64,000 nt of DNA from an uncultured bacterium (lineage in GTDB: Bacteria; Fermentibacterota; Fermentibacteria; Fermentibacterales; JCC-6): assembly GCA_964423505.1 (NCBI GenBank), contig CAYREX010000009.1:1-64000 (forward strand), written 5' to 3'. The position numbers were made by a program, and so were the translations under genes. How positions within the stretch are numbered: position 1 is the stretch's first letter; the number at the start of each line of letters is the position of its first letter. Below the pieces are notes generated by a model. It ran no database searches and had not been told where the DNA came from. It saw nothing but the letters and a program-made list of their open reading frames with translations. Positions 30,603 to 39,813 of the stretch are shown here, piece by piece.

Positions 30603-31470
30603 CCGCCACACCTCCACGAAGACTCACCGACCCGCCTCCCAGCCAACGGACGATGTCGTCCATGACCCTCTCCCTGCACAGGTCCGCCCAGAGCTCGTGG
30701 GCTGCGCCGTCGTACTCGATGATGTCGGCGCCCGGGGCCGCCTCCGAGAGGAGCCTCGCCGACTCCGGGTCCGTTATCCGGTCGTTCGAGCCGCAGAGCA
30801 CCAGCGCCGGCCGCCGCAGCCCCGAGGCCCCGGCCAGTATGGCCTCCGACGCCCTGGAGAGCTCCATGCCGTACCTCGGGGTGGCTCGGGTGTGATAGAG
30901 CGGGTCGCCCTCGGTGCCGGCCACCCATTCACGGTCCCGGGAGAGGGCCGAGACGTCCAGCCCGGTGGGTAAGGGCAGCGAGGGGAGCAGGCGGTCGAGG
31001 AGCCGGGCCAGCGCCCACCTCGCCCGGGAGATCCCTCTGACTCCCAGTGCCGGTGAGCAGAGGACCAGGGCGCCGGCCTCGCCGGGTCGGTCGAGGCAGT
31101 GGTCCAGGACCACGACGCAACCGGTGCTGTGGCCGAACAGCACCGTGGCCGCGCCGGGGAAGCGCCTGCGGGCCTCCAGGACGACCGCCTGCAGGTCTTC
31201 CGAGTGGACCTTCCAACTCCGGACGTGGCCCCTCACCCCCGGAGAGAGGCCGTGCCCCCTGAGATCCGGGGCCAGTACGGCCAGGCCAGCCCCGGTAAGC
31301 CGCGAGGCCGGGTAGCCGTACCGGCCGGAGTGGTCGCCGCAGCCGTGCACGACGACCACGACCGCACGGGGCTCCGACGCCGGAGTCCATTCGCGGAGGG
31401 CAAGCTCCACCCCCGGCTCCACCCGGAGCCTGCCGGTACGGCAGCCGTCCCCGCTCAGGAGCCGCTCCAT
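30595..31470 (-). CDS. Alpha/beta hydrolase (lysophospholipase / monoacylglycerol-lipase-like)
   Basis: HGCGDHSGRY (oxyanion HG) and GHSTG nucleophile elbow; ~290 aa. Confidence 0.7.
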   Translation of the reverse strand: MERLLSGDGCRTGRLRVEPGVELALREWTPASEPRAVVVVVHGCGDHSGRYGYPASRLTGAGLAVLAPDLRGHGLSPGVRGHVRSWKVHSEDLQAVVLEARRRFPGAATVLFGHSTGCVVVLDHCLDRPGEAGALVLCSPALGVRGISRARWALARLLDRLLPSLPLPTGLDVSALSRDREWVAGTEGDPLYHTRATPRYGMELSRASEAILAGASGLRRPALVLCGSNDRITDPESARLLSEAAPGADIIEYDGAAHELWADLCRERVMDDIVRWLGGGSVSLRGGVADE

Positions 31471-31652
31471 GCTTCCCGGTCCATGACCACCCTTGCCGCC
31501 CCTGGCCGGGGGTCGCCGGGGTGACCCGCCCGCCCCAGACCCTTTAGGAACATCGCTTCCCCCCTCCGCCGAGCCGGTGGACCCCCAGGGACCTGTCTTT
31601 CCTGCACCTGCGGGCGATCCTCGTCAATCCCGGCGGTTGACCCGGGCGGGCA

Positions 31653-33212
31653 ATGGCCGAATTGTCCACCTTCTGGGTTCTTCGGAGGGAAGGGGTCTTG
31701 AGGTCCGGTCTCACCCGCTGCGAGCTGGTCGTGCTGGCCGTCACGGCGGCAGGCAGGCTTGCCCTGATGCCGTTGTTCGACTTCGCCGTGGACGACGCCT
31801 ACATAACCTTCAGGGTGGCCCGCAACCTGGCCGGCGGGATGGGGATGGTATACAACCCGGGGGAGGCGGTACTCGCGACCACCACCCCGTTCTACGCCAT
31901 GCTCATGGCGCCCGGGGAGCTGCTGGGCATCGGCGCCCCCCTCTGGTCGGCAATCCTGAACTCCCTGGCCGCCGGGGTCGCTTACATGCTCCTCTACAGG
32001 CTGCTCAGGACCAGGGTCAGGCGATCGATATCGTTCCTGGCCGTCCTCTCCCTGGTCATCAGCCCCATGATGGTCCAGTCCGCGCTGACCGGGATGGAGT
32101 CGGTGCTCTTCTCCATGCTGGTGCTGCTCACGGTACTCCTCTTCGCGAAAGGGAGGGACACGTGGGCGGGGCTGACCCTCGCCCTCTGCGTCCTGACGAG
32201 GCCGGAGGCGGCGCTGCTGGCACTGGCCTTCCTCGTCACCCTGGCCGTCCGGGAGAGGCGGCGGCTCATCCGCCTCTCCGTCCCGCTGGCGGCCGTGGGA
32301 GGTGCCTGGCTCGCCTACACCCTGGTGACGTTCGGCTCCCCCGTACCGAGCTCGTTCTACGCCAAGCTGAGCCAGATATCCCTTCGGGACATCACCTTCG
32401 CGGAGCAGGCGGGGTTCTTCCTCGAGTGGGGGGGGGGCGGCGTCCCGCTGCTTCCCCTGGTCCTGCTGCTGCTCCCCCTGGGGCTCTGGCGCTCGGTCAG
32501 GGAGAGGGACGGGACAGCTCCCCTCTCGGCCTGGGTCATCGCCGTCGTACTGCTGCAGCTCACATCCAGGGTGAACCTGGCTTCGTGGTATATGGACATG
32601 ATGGCGCCGATGATGGTCCTCGTCGGAGCGCTGGGCGCGGAGCGCGTGCTGGAGATCGCCGACGCCCGGGGGAGGCGCCGCTGGACCGTGAGCAGGCGGA
32701 TGGTCTACGCCGCTGCGGCGCTGGTGGTCGCCTGGTCCCTCTGGTCGTCATGGCGCGTCTGGGGGGAGGTGCAGGACATCGAGACCGTTGACGGGACCCT
32801 GGGGGACGTCGCCGCCTGGCTCTGCAGGAACGGGTGCGGGGAGGACATGACCATAGCGCTGGAGCCGATAGGCAGGATAGGGTACGGGACCGACCTGCGG
32901 ATACTCGACACCTTCGGGCTCGCCTCCCCGGAGGTCCACGAGCTGATACCGAAGTACGGGAGCGGTCTCATGGACGCCATCGTCGTGGAGCTCTACAGGC
33001 CGGAGCTCTACCTGACCGACATGGACAGGGGGGACGAGTTCGTCTTCGGGTACGTGCGGGTCGCCTCGTTCAGGAACCGGGGCCGCATCTCCAAGCCGAT
33101 GGCGGACTCGGAGACCTGGTCCGGCTCCATGTTCCTCTACGCCAGGAGCGATGTCGTGCGCCGGCTCTCCGATGCCGGGGCGGGGCCGGCCACCGACGGC
33201 GGCCCGGATTAG
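31653..33212 (+). CDS. Integral-membrane GT-C-like glycosyltransferase-family protein
   Basis: N-terminal FAVDDAYITFRVARNLAGGMGMVYNPGE motif seen in membrane glycosyltransferase-like families; more than 10 TM helices; soluble C-terminal domain. Confidence 0.4.
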   Translation: MAELSTFWVLRREGVLRSGLTRCELVVLAVTAAGRLALMPLFDFAVDDAYITFRVARNLAGGMGMVYNPGEAVLATTTPFYAMLMAPGELLGIGAPLWSAILNSLAAGVAYMLLYRLLRTRVRRSISFLAVLSLVISPMMVQSALTGMESVLFSMLVLLTVLLFAKGRDTWAGLTLALCVLTRPEAALLALAFLVTLAVRERRRLIRLSVPLAAVGGAWLAYTLVTFGSPVPSSFYAKLSQISLRDITFAEQAGFFLEWGGGGVPLLPLVLLLLPLGLWRSVRERDGTAPLSAWVIAVVLLQLTSRVNLASWYMDMMAPMMVLVGALGAERVLEIADARGRRRWTVSRRMVYAAAALVVAWSLWSSWRVWGEVQDIETVDGTLGDVAAWLCRNGCGEDMTIALEPIGRIGYGTDLRILDTFGLASPEVHELIPKYGSGLMDAIVVELYRPELYLTDMDRGDEFVFGYVRVASFRNRGRISKPMADSETWSGSMFLYARSDVVRRLSDAGAGPATDGGPD

Positions 33213-33236
33213 CATGAGCCCCCGGAAGGGAGGACG

Positions 33237-34241
33237 ATGGCCCAGAGGCTCGTGAAGGTGATGCTCCCCGCCGAGCGGGCGGGAGACCTGGAGGAGGCGC
33301 TGGACCGGGTCAGCATCTCCGCCTCCTGGCAGGAGGAGCTGGACGGCGGACGCTCGGTGGTCAGCGTCCTCTGCGGCTCCGAGTACGTCGAGGAGCTGCT
33401 GGAGATGCTCGACTCACGCTTCGGCCGGGAGGAGGGCTTCCGGGCGGTGGTACTCTCGGTCGAGGCCTCGCTGCCGGACCCTGGCGCAGCCGCCTCCCCG
33501 GAGGTCATCGTGCCGGGCGAGATACGGCCCAAGGCGCCGCCGCTGAGGATAAGCCGGGAGGAGCTCTACGAGGACGTCAGAGACGGCACGGAGCTAACCG
33601 TGCCGTACATGGTCCTCATCTGCCTCTCCACGGTGGTCGCCGCCATCGGCCTGCTGCGGGACAGCGTGGCCGTGGTCATCGGGGCCATGGTGATAGCGCC
33701 GCTTCTCGGTCCGAACGTCGGCCTGGCCCTCTCCTCCACGCTGGGCGACGGCGACCTCGGCAGGAGGGCTCTCCGGACCTTCCTCGCCGGAGTGCTGGCC
33801 GCCCTGGTCCTCGCGGCGGCTGTCGGGCTGGTGGTCAGGCCGGCCCTCGCCACCGGCGAGATAGCCTCCAGGACCTCCATCGCCCTGCCGGACCTCGTGC
33901 TCGCCCTGGCCGCCGGGGCCGCCGGGGTGATGGCCATGACCACCGGCGCCCCATCCGCCGTCATAGGCGTGATGGTCGCCGTGGCGCTGCTCCCGCCGCT
34001 GGTGGCGGCGGGGCTGCTGCTGAGCAGGGGGAGCTGGGCCGAGGGCCTCGGAGCCCTCGTCCTCTTCATGAGCAACGTCGTCTGTATAAACCTGGCCGGC
34101 GTGGTCACCTTCCTGCTCCGGGGGATCAAGCCGATGACATGGTGGGAGGAGGGGGTGGCCAGGAGGTCCACAGTACGGGCGCTGGCGGTCTGGACCCTCC
34201 TGCTCGCCCTGCTCGTCGGGATGGTGGCGCTGGCCGGATAG
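33237..34241 (+). CDS. DUF389 (TIGR00341) family membrane protein
   Basis: N-terminal soluble domain, then LICLSTVVAAIGLL...VIGAMVIAPLLGP pattern. Confidence 0.5.
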   Translation: MAQRLVKVMLPAERAGDLEEALDRVSISASWQEELDGGRSVVSVLCGSEYVEELLEMLDSRFGREEGFRAVVLSVEASLPDPGAAASPEVIVPGEIRPKAPPLRISREELYEDVRDGTELTVPYMVLICLSTVVAAIGLLRDSVAVVIGAMVIAPLLGPNVGLALSSTLGDGDLGRRALRTFLAGVLAALVLAAAVGLVVRPALATGEIASRTSIALPDLVLALAAGAAGVMAMTTGAPSAVIGVMVAVALLPPLVAAGLLLSRGSWAEGLGALVLFMSNVVCINLAGVVTFLLRGIKPMTWWEEGVARRSTVRALAVWTLLLALLVGMVALAG

Positions 34242-34272
34242 CCCCGGGACAATCCGTGCAGGGAGGACCGAC

Positions 34273-35328
34273 ATGGTGAAGACGACAACGGCGGCTCTGG
34301 CCGCCTTCGTCCTGATGACCGCCGCCTGCGGAGACGCCACCGGCCCCTCCGGCTCCACCGGGCTCTTCGGATGGGCCGTGGGCAGCCGGTCGGACGGCTA
34401 CGCGTTCATAGCCGCAACGGGCGACGGCGGAATCACCTGGAGCAGGCAGGGCGACGGCTCGCTGCCGGACGTGCAGCTGGAAGGCGTCAGGGCGCTGGAC
34501 TCGCTGACCGCATGGGCCGTCGGAGACGTGGCGGACGGATACGGCACCGTCCTGCGCACGACCGACGGCGGCGAGACGTGGGTCCGCCTCGGCACCTCCC
34601 AGGAGCTGCCTGCCTGCGGACTGAACGGCGTCAGCCCACTGGACGCCGACAGGGCCTACGTCGCCGGGTGCGACAACACGGTGCTCTACACCGGCGACGG
34701 CGGCGGCACCTGGGTGTCGCTTTCGGACCCGGCCTATGCCGGTTACGACTACGACTGCGTCCTGGCCCTCTCCGGGTCCGTCCTCTGGCTGGTCGGCGGC
34801 AACGAGCAGGAGGGCGTCATCCTCCGCTCGACCGACGGCGGCGCTTCCTGGGAGAGCCGGGGCGACTCGCTCCTGCTCTCCGGGTATCCGCTCATCACCC
34901 TCAGCGCCGTCAGCGAGTCCGAGGCCTGGGTCGTCGGGCACGGGTACACCGTGGCCCGTACCACGGACGCCGGAGAGAGCTGGACGCTGCACGTGCCCGA
35001 CGGCCTGGAGCGGAGTCCCTTCAGCGACGACGCCAACGGCGTTGCGGCCCTCGCAGACGGCCGAGTGGTGGTCAGCATGGACTACGGAAAGCTCTACGCC
35101 TCCGTCGACAGCGGCCGGAGCTGGACCGGGCAGCAGGTGGAGATGCAGGACTTCCTGCTGGGCGTATGCGCAATGCCGGACGGGCACGCATGGGTGGCCG
35201 GCACCTCCTCCTCCTTCGACGGGGGGAGCCTGCAGCACACCTCGACATGGGGTCCGCAGTGGTACGTGCAGGACATACCGGACTGCCCGGCCCTCCGCGA
35301 CGTCCACTTCGTCGGGGCGGTGCATTGA
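34273..35328 (+). CDS. Lipoprotein with Ycf48/BNR-like beta-propeller repeats
   Basis: Lipobox LMTAACGD; repeated TxDGGxTW motifs. Confidence 0.55.
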   Translation: MVKTTTAALAAFVLMTAACGDATGPSGSTGLFGWAVGSRSDGYAFIAATGDGGITWSRQGDGSLPDVQLEGVRALDSLTAWAVGDVADGYGTVLRTTDGGETWVRLGTSQELPACGLNGVSPLDADRAYVAGCDNTVLYTGDGGGTWVSLSDPAYAGYDYDCVLALSGSVLWLVGGNEQEGVILRSTDGGASWESRGDSLLLSGYPLITLSAVSESEAWVVGHGYTVARTTDAGESWTLHVPDGLERSPFSDDANGVAALADGRVVVSMDYGKLYASVDSGRSWTGQQVEMQDFLLGVCAMPDGHAWVAGTSSSFDGGSLQHTSTWGPQWYVQDIPDCPALRDVHFVGAVH

Positions 35329-35404
35329 CCGGAGCCAGCCCGCGTTGACGAAAGACCTACCGTTCCGGTATTGAAACGGCGAACCCGAACCTCTGGGAGG
35401 CAAC

Positions 35405-35668
35405 ATGATAAGGCGAGCCGCGCTACCGGCTCTCGTCCTCCTCTCCGCGATGGTGCTGCCGCTGAGCGCAGCGGACGTCTACGTCTGGAACTTCGACGAC
35501 GAGGACGTCTTCTACTGCAGCGAGGCGGGGTCGACGGTAGACTGCGCCTACTGGATCGAGGAGACACTGGATGCGGCGGGACACTCGGTTACCACCGGGA
35601 CCACCCTCCCCTCCGACCTCGGTCCGTACGACGTGGTCTTCGTAACCCTCGGCTGGTACCGGTGTTGA
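35405..35668 (+). CDS. N-terminal segment (signal peptide plus ~60 aa) of a T9SS cargo protein, terminated by an in-frame TGA
   Basis: Signal peptide MIRRAALPALVLLSAMVLPLSAA; reading frame continues unbroken after TGA at 35666-35668 into the 35849..36421 ORF. Confidence 0.5.
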   Translation: MIRRAALPALVLLSAMVLPLSAADVYVWNFDDEDVFYCSEAGSTVDCAYWIEETLDAAGHSVTTGTTLPSDLGPYDVVFVTLGWYRC

Positions 35669-36421
35669 GGGGACAACTCGACGATTGCTCAGGCTGAGCA
35701 GACAAGGCTGATCTCTTTCCTGAACGCCGGGGGCGGGCTCTACATCGAGGGCGCAGACTTCGGCTACAACAACTCCGGCAGCGCCATCTACGAAGTCTTC
35801 GGCTGCAGCTACGACGGCGACGGCAGCTCCTCGGGCAACGTCCAGGACGTGGCCGGCGTCACCGGCACGATGCTGGACGGCATAGCCTGCGACTACATCC
35901 ACGACACCGGCCCCGACAGCTACGTCGACGAGATATCCGCCGACGAGGGCACGCTCCTGATGCGCTCCCAGGACGGCAAGGGCAGGGCCGTCTGTTGGGA
36001 GGGGGCCGGCGGCACCTACAGGGCCCTGCACTCCAGCGTCATCTTCGGCGCCCTCCGCGACGGAACCTCCACGAAGCGGGAGCTCATGGAGACGTACATG
36101 GGCTACCTCACCGGCAGCACCGGGGTCGGGGAGAGCTCCGGGGGCCTGACGCCCGCCGGGCTCGCCCTCGAGTACGCGAACCCCGCCAGGGGGACGGTCG
36201 AGCTGACCGCCACCGTACCAGGGGGGGAGGCGGACATCAGCGTCTACGACCTCACCGGAAGGCTGGTGGGGACCATCCACGGCGGACAGCTCCGGCCCGG
36301 TACCCACCGCTTCTCCTGGGACGGCCGTGCGGACACCGGGACCAGGCTGCCCGGAGGGACCTACGTGGTGCGTCTGGGAACGGAGCAGGGGAGCGTCACC
36401 GGTACGCTCCTGCTCATCTAG
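35669..36421 (+). pseudogene. Continuation of the same frame: C-terminal part of the T9SS cargo protein (interrupted gene, or UGA-recoded)
   Basis: Same frame as 35405 (both equal 2 mod 3); no in-frame ATG/GTG/TTG until 35849; carries the T9SS C-terminal domain ...DISVYDLTGRLVGT...FSWDG...GTYVVRL. Confidence 0.5.
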
Positions 36422-36438
36422 AGCTGTCGACCCTGGAG

Positions 36439-36463
36439 GCCGCGCCGCTGCACGCGGCGCGGC
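36439..36463. terminator. GC-rich hairpin between convergent genes (candidate bidirectional terminator)
   Basis: GCCGCGCCGC-tgcac-GCGGCGCGGC, a 10-bp stem, between the stops at 36421 (+) and 36494 (-). Confidence 0.45.
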
Positions 36464-36493
36464 CCGGTACCCCGTTGGCTGCTCCCGGGCGAG

Positions 36494-38296
36494 TCAGTCG
36501 GCGACGACGAAGCTCCGGGTAGCGTCCTGCCGATCGCATCTCATCCTGAGGAAGTATACCCCCGGCTCGAGAGGCGAGAGCCGGAAGACCTTCCGCCCTC
36601 TCGACAGACTCCGCTCTTCCATCCGGTCTATGATCCTGCCCGAGACATCGAAGAGCTGGAACGAGACCAGTGCATCGGCGGGCAGCGTGAGAGTCACCAC
36701 GACCGGGCCTGCGGCCGGATTGGGGGCTATCGAGAAGAGGGGGGTCCGGTCGGCGAGGGGGCAGCGGTCATCCTCGATGCTCACCGGGTCCCAGAGCAGC
36801 GAGACCGACTTCAGCATGGGAGACACCGCCCTGGCGCTACCGTCCGAATGGAGGATGGCCCGGTACTGGAAGTGGCTGGAGAACGGGGGGAGGACCGTAT
36901 CCAGCCTGCAGGGAGCATGGAGGGTGTCGCTCCATGGGCCCATGTCCGAGGGATCATCCGATGCCCTTACCTGGAATGTCACGACGGCGCCCGGGAACTC
37001 GTCGGACTCCCAGGTGAGCTCACCCCATCCCGGGTCGCCATGAAGGTATAGAATGCTCGATTCCAGGTGTCCGGAGGAGGCCAGCTCCATCTCCCACCTG
37101 CGTGCGGTGTTGATCCGCCCGGCGACGATGTCCGTTATGCCGTCATTGTCCAGATCCCCGGAGTCCACCGACCAGCCGTGACCCCCGACGTAGTGCCCCA
37201 TCCAGAGGGTACCGGTACCGTCGGCATTCTCCCACCACAGAAGACCTCCCTGGTAGTAGAAGAGGGAGATGATGTCCGGATCTCCGTCGCCATCAACGTC
37301 ATCCGTATGGATGTCGGTACAGCCGGAGCCCACGGTGCTCACATCGTTCCTGACCCAGGAAGGTCCCGGTCCGCTCCAGTCCCCGGGATTCCGAAACCAG
37401 ACGACTCCGTTCGAGAGGTTATCTCCCACGACGATGTCATTGTATCCGTCGGAGTCGATGTCGCATATGCTGCAGCCACCCCGAACGGAGTACCCGGTGT
37501 CGATGACATGCCTTGTCCAGTCCGCTCCCGCCTCCTCGCCGTTCTCCCACCATACGACCGGGCCGTTGTCTTCCGTAACGGTAACCGCATCGGCATCACC
37601 GTCACCATCAATGTCCCCCGCGCATACGTCCATCGTTCCGTAGGCGGTACAGATCCGATGCTTCACCCATGACCCGCCTGCGCCATCGGCGTTCTCATAC
37701 CATACGACCTCGCGACTGCCGCAGGCGGCCACATCGATGTCCCCGTCGCCGTCCATGTCGAGCGCTTCGATATCGCGGGCATCGAGCAGGCCGTACGCGA
37801 TCAGGTTGATGGTCCAGTCTCCCGGGAGATGAGCAGGGTCCCTCCGCCACCAGACGACCATGTCATGGTAGATCGAGGCAGCTACGATATCGGTGATGCC
37901 GTCCCCGTCGAAGTCCGCGGTCTCGACTCCAAGCACCTGCTCGAAGTCGTAGACGTCGTGCTGAACCCATGTCTCCCCGGAACCATCCACATTGTGCCAC
38001 CACACGACTTCGTCTTCGCATCCGGCTATTACGTCGCTGTTGCCGTCTCCGTCGATATCGTCGATGGTGATTGACCTGCACCAGGAGACCCCTCCGATGA
38101 GGTAGTCGGGGGGGGTCAGTCTGAGGTTCTCGTCGCCGGCCCACCAGCAGACGGATGATGAGGAATAGAAGTAGCTCTCCCATTCGGAGAGCGGCCCCGG
38201 CACCCCGGGACCATCGATCCAGGAGCTCTGCCTTTCGATGTTCGCCAGGGAAGCGGACAGGATCAGGATACACGGGAGAGTCAAACCGATCATCAT
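36494..38296 (-). CDS. Secreted FG-GAP/VCBS-repeat protein with T9SS-type C-terminal domain
   Basis: Start MMIGLTLPCILILSASLA after RBS GAGGTG; repeated DxDGDGxxD FG-GAP motifs; C-terminal ...LVSFQLFDVSGRII...GVYFLRM tail. The ORF-track extension to 39646 is antisense to a real gene and was rejected. Confidence 0.7.
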   Translation of the reverse strand: MMIGLTLPCILILSASLANIERQSSWIDGPGVPGPLSEWESYFYSSSSVCWWAGDENLRLTPPDYLIGGVSWCRSITIDDIDGDGNSDVIAGCEDEVVWWHNVDGSGETWVQHDVYDFEQVLGVETADFDGDGITDIVAASIYHDMVVWWRRDPAHLPGDWTINLIAYGLLDARDIEALDMDGDGDIDVAACGSREVVWYENADGAGGSWVKHRICTAYGTMDVCAGDIDGDGDADAVTVTEDNGPVVWWENGEEAGADWTRHVIDTGYSVRGGCSICDIDSDGYNDIVVGDNLSNGVVWFRNPGDWSGPGPSWVRNDVSTVGSGCTDIHTDDVDGDGDPDIISLFYYQGGLLWWENADGTGTLWMGHYVGGHGWSVDSGDLDNDGITDIVAGRINTARRWEMELASSGHLESSILYLHGDPGWGELTWESDEFPGAVVTFQVRASDDPSDMGPWSDTLHAPCRLDTVLPPFSSHFQYRAILHSDGSARAVSPMLKSVSLLWDPVSIEDDRCPLADRTPLFSIAPNPAAGPVVVTLTLPADALVSFQLFDVSGRIIDRMEERSLSRGRKVFRLSPLEPGVYFLRMRCDRQDATRSFVVAD

Positions 38297-38509
38297 ACAC
38301 CTCGATAGATAACTGCAGAAGAACGCACCGGGCGTCAACGTGCCGGCCAACTGGAGGACGAAGCTCTGCGCGGATGACATCGTCGAGCGTGGATGACCGC
38401 TCCCCGCCGACCGACCGGCGGGAGCTGCGTCGCCGGGGAGAGAGAGATCCGGCATCCCCGCCGGTTGGCTATATTGGGGTGGTCCGGTCAACAGGATGGA
38501 GGGAAGACA

Positions 38510-39628
38510 ATGAGATCTGCCGTCACCACGATAGCCGTCATCGCCCTGCTGGTCGCCTGCGGCGGCGGGGAACCGGAACCCGCAGCCGATGATGCGATAA
38601 CGCTTCCCGTCGACACTCTTCGGGTCGGACTGGAGATCGGAGAGGAGATAGGGGATTCCACCACTACGTTCGGCGCCATAGCCGCCGCCACGATAGACGA
38701 CCGGGGCAGGCTGATAGTCGTGGACCAGGCCGCCGCCTGCCTGAAGGTCTACGACCTGGACGGCAGCTACATCCGGCAGGTCTCGCGTCGGGGGTCCGGG
38801 CCGGGGGAGCTCGTGATGCCGTGGGACCTCTTCACCATGCCGGACGGCAGGCTGGTGGTGGTCGCTCCGGGGAAGCAGGGCTTCGTGGTCTTCGACGATT
38901 CGCTCGAGTTCGTCGAGGAGGTCGCGCTCTGGGCCCAGAATCCCCCCTTCCAGCCCGTGGCGGTCTCCGACAGCAGCTTCGTGGGGTACAAGATAGGCCA
39001 GGACATGCGCGACGAGACAATAGTCATGCGCCGCGCCGTGGCCATCTTCCAATGGGGCGAGGAGGACTGGGACACGGTCCTCTGGAAGGACTCCATAGAG
39101 GCGAGCATGAGCGAGATAATGGAGGACCCTTCCGTCTTCATCATCGACCTGATCGACCCGCTGAGCATCGGCGGTGGACCCCGGCAGGGGATATTCTTCG
39201 CCCTCAAGGACGCCTACGACTACAGCGTCACCGGCTGGGACACCTCCGGCACCGAGATACTCTCCATCCGGATGGACCTCTCCCCGGTGGAGAAGACCGA
39301 GCAGGAGATGGCCGACGAGAGCCTCTACGTAAACAGCTACATCGAGAGGATAAGCGGGGGAGGCGGCTCTCCCTTCGAGTTCAACCCGGACCCTCACAGG
39401 GACATGGTCATAGGCCTGGACATCGGCCCGGACGGCAACCTCTGGGTACGGAGGGGTACCACGAACGCCCCCTTCTTCGACATCTACGACCTCGAGGGCG
39501 ACCTCCTGGGCCACGCCGTCTACCCGGACAGCGCCTGGAGCTGGCGGACCGAGATAACGCCCCACGGCATCGTCGCCTGGGAGGACGACCCGCTGGAGGG
39601 TTACCAGAAGCTCTACCTGCTGGAATAG
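38510..39628 (+). CDS. Lipoprotein, 6-bladed beta-propeller (TolB/NHL-like)
   Basis: Start MRSAVTTIAVIALLVACGG (lipobox) after RBS GGAGGG; repeats GRLIVVD / DGRLVVV / DGNLWV. Confidence 0.55.
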   Translation: MRSAVTTIAVIALLVACGGGEPEPAADDAITLPVDTLRVGLEIGEEIGDSTTTFGAIAAATIDDRGRLIVVDQAAACLKVYDLDGSYIRQVSRRGSGPGELVMPWDLFTMPDGRLVVVAPGKQGFVVFDDSLEFVEEVALWAQNPPFQPVAVSDSSFVGYKIGQDMRDETIVMRRAVAIFQWGEEDWDTVLWKDSIEASMSEIMEDPSVFIIDLIDPLSIGGGPRQGIFFALKDAYDYSVTGWDTSGTEILSIRMDLSPVEKTEQEMADESLYVNSYIERISGGGGSPFEFNPDPHRDMVIGLDIGPDGNLWVRRGTTNAPFFDIYDLEGDLLGHAVYPDSAWSWRTEITPHGIVAWEDDPLEGYQKLYLLE

Positions 39629-39813
39629 GCACGCCCGCGACAGCATGCCGCGGCGCTTCGGGACCGGCTCCGGCGGACTCTCCGTCGGGGGGGCTTCCGG
39701 ACTCCGGCCGCGTCCGGCGGGGGGAAGCCATCGTCCGGGCGGCTGACGGGAGCTTCTCCTCGGGATTATCTTCCCGGGGCCGCGAATCGGCCCGACGAAC
39801 CGGACGGAGGGGC

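Noticed and set aside
35666-35668. Genome-wide TGA recoding (Trp or Gly) as an explanation for the in-frame TGA
   Set aside because: Most genes in the window terminate at TGA with normal lengths, including many ATGA/GTGA coupled junctions, so TGA is a genuine stop in this organism.
38297-39646. Upstream 1.35-kb extension of the minus-strand FG-GAP ORF (the track gives 36494..39646)
   Set aside because: The extension is antisense to the well-supported lipoprotein gene 38510..39628. The real start is ATGATG at 38296, with an RBS and a signal peptide.
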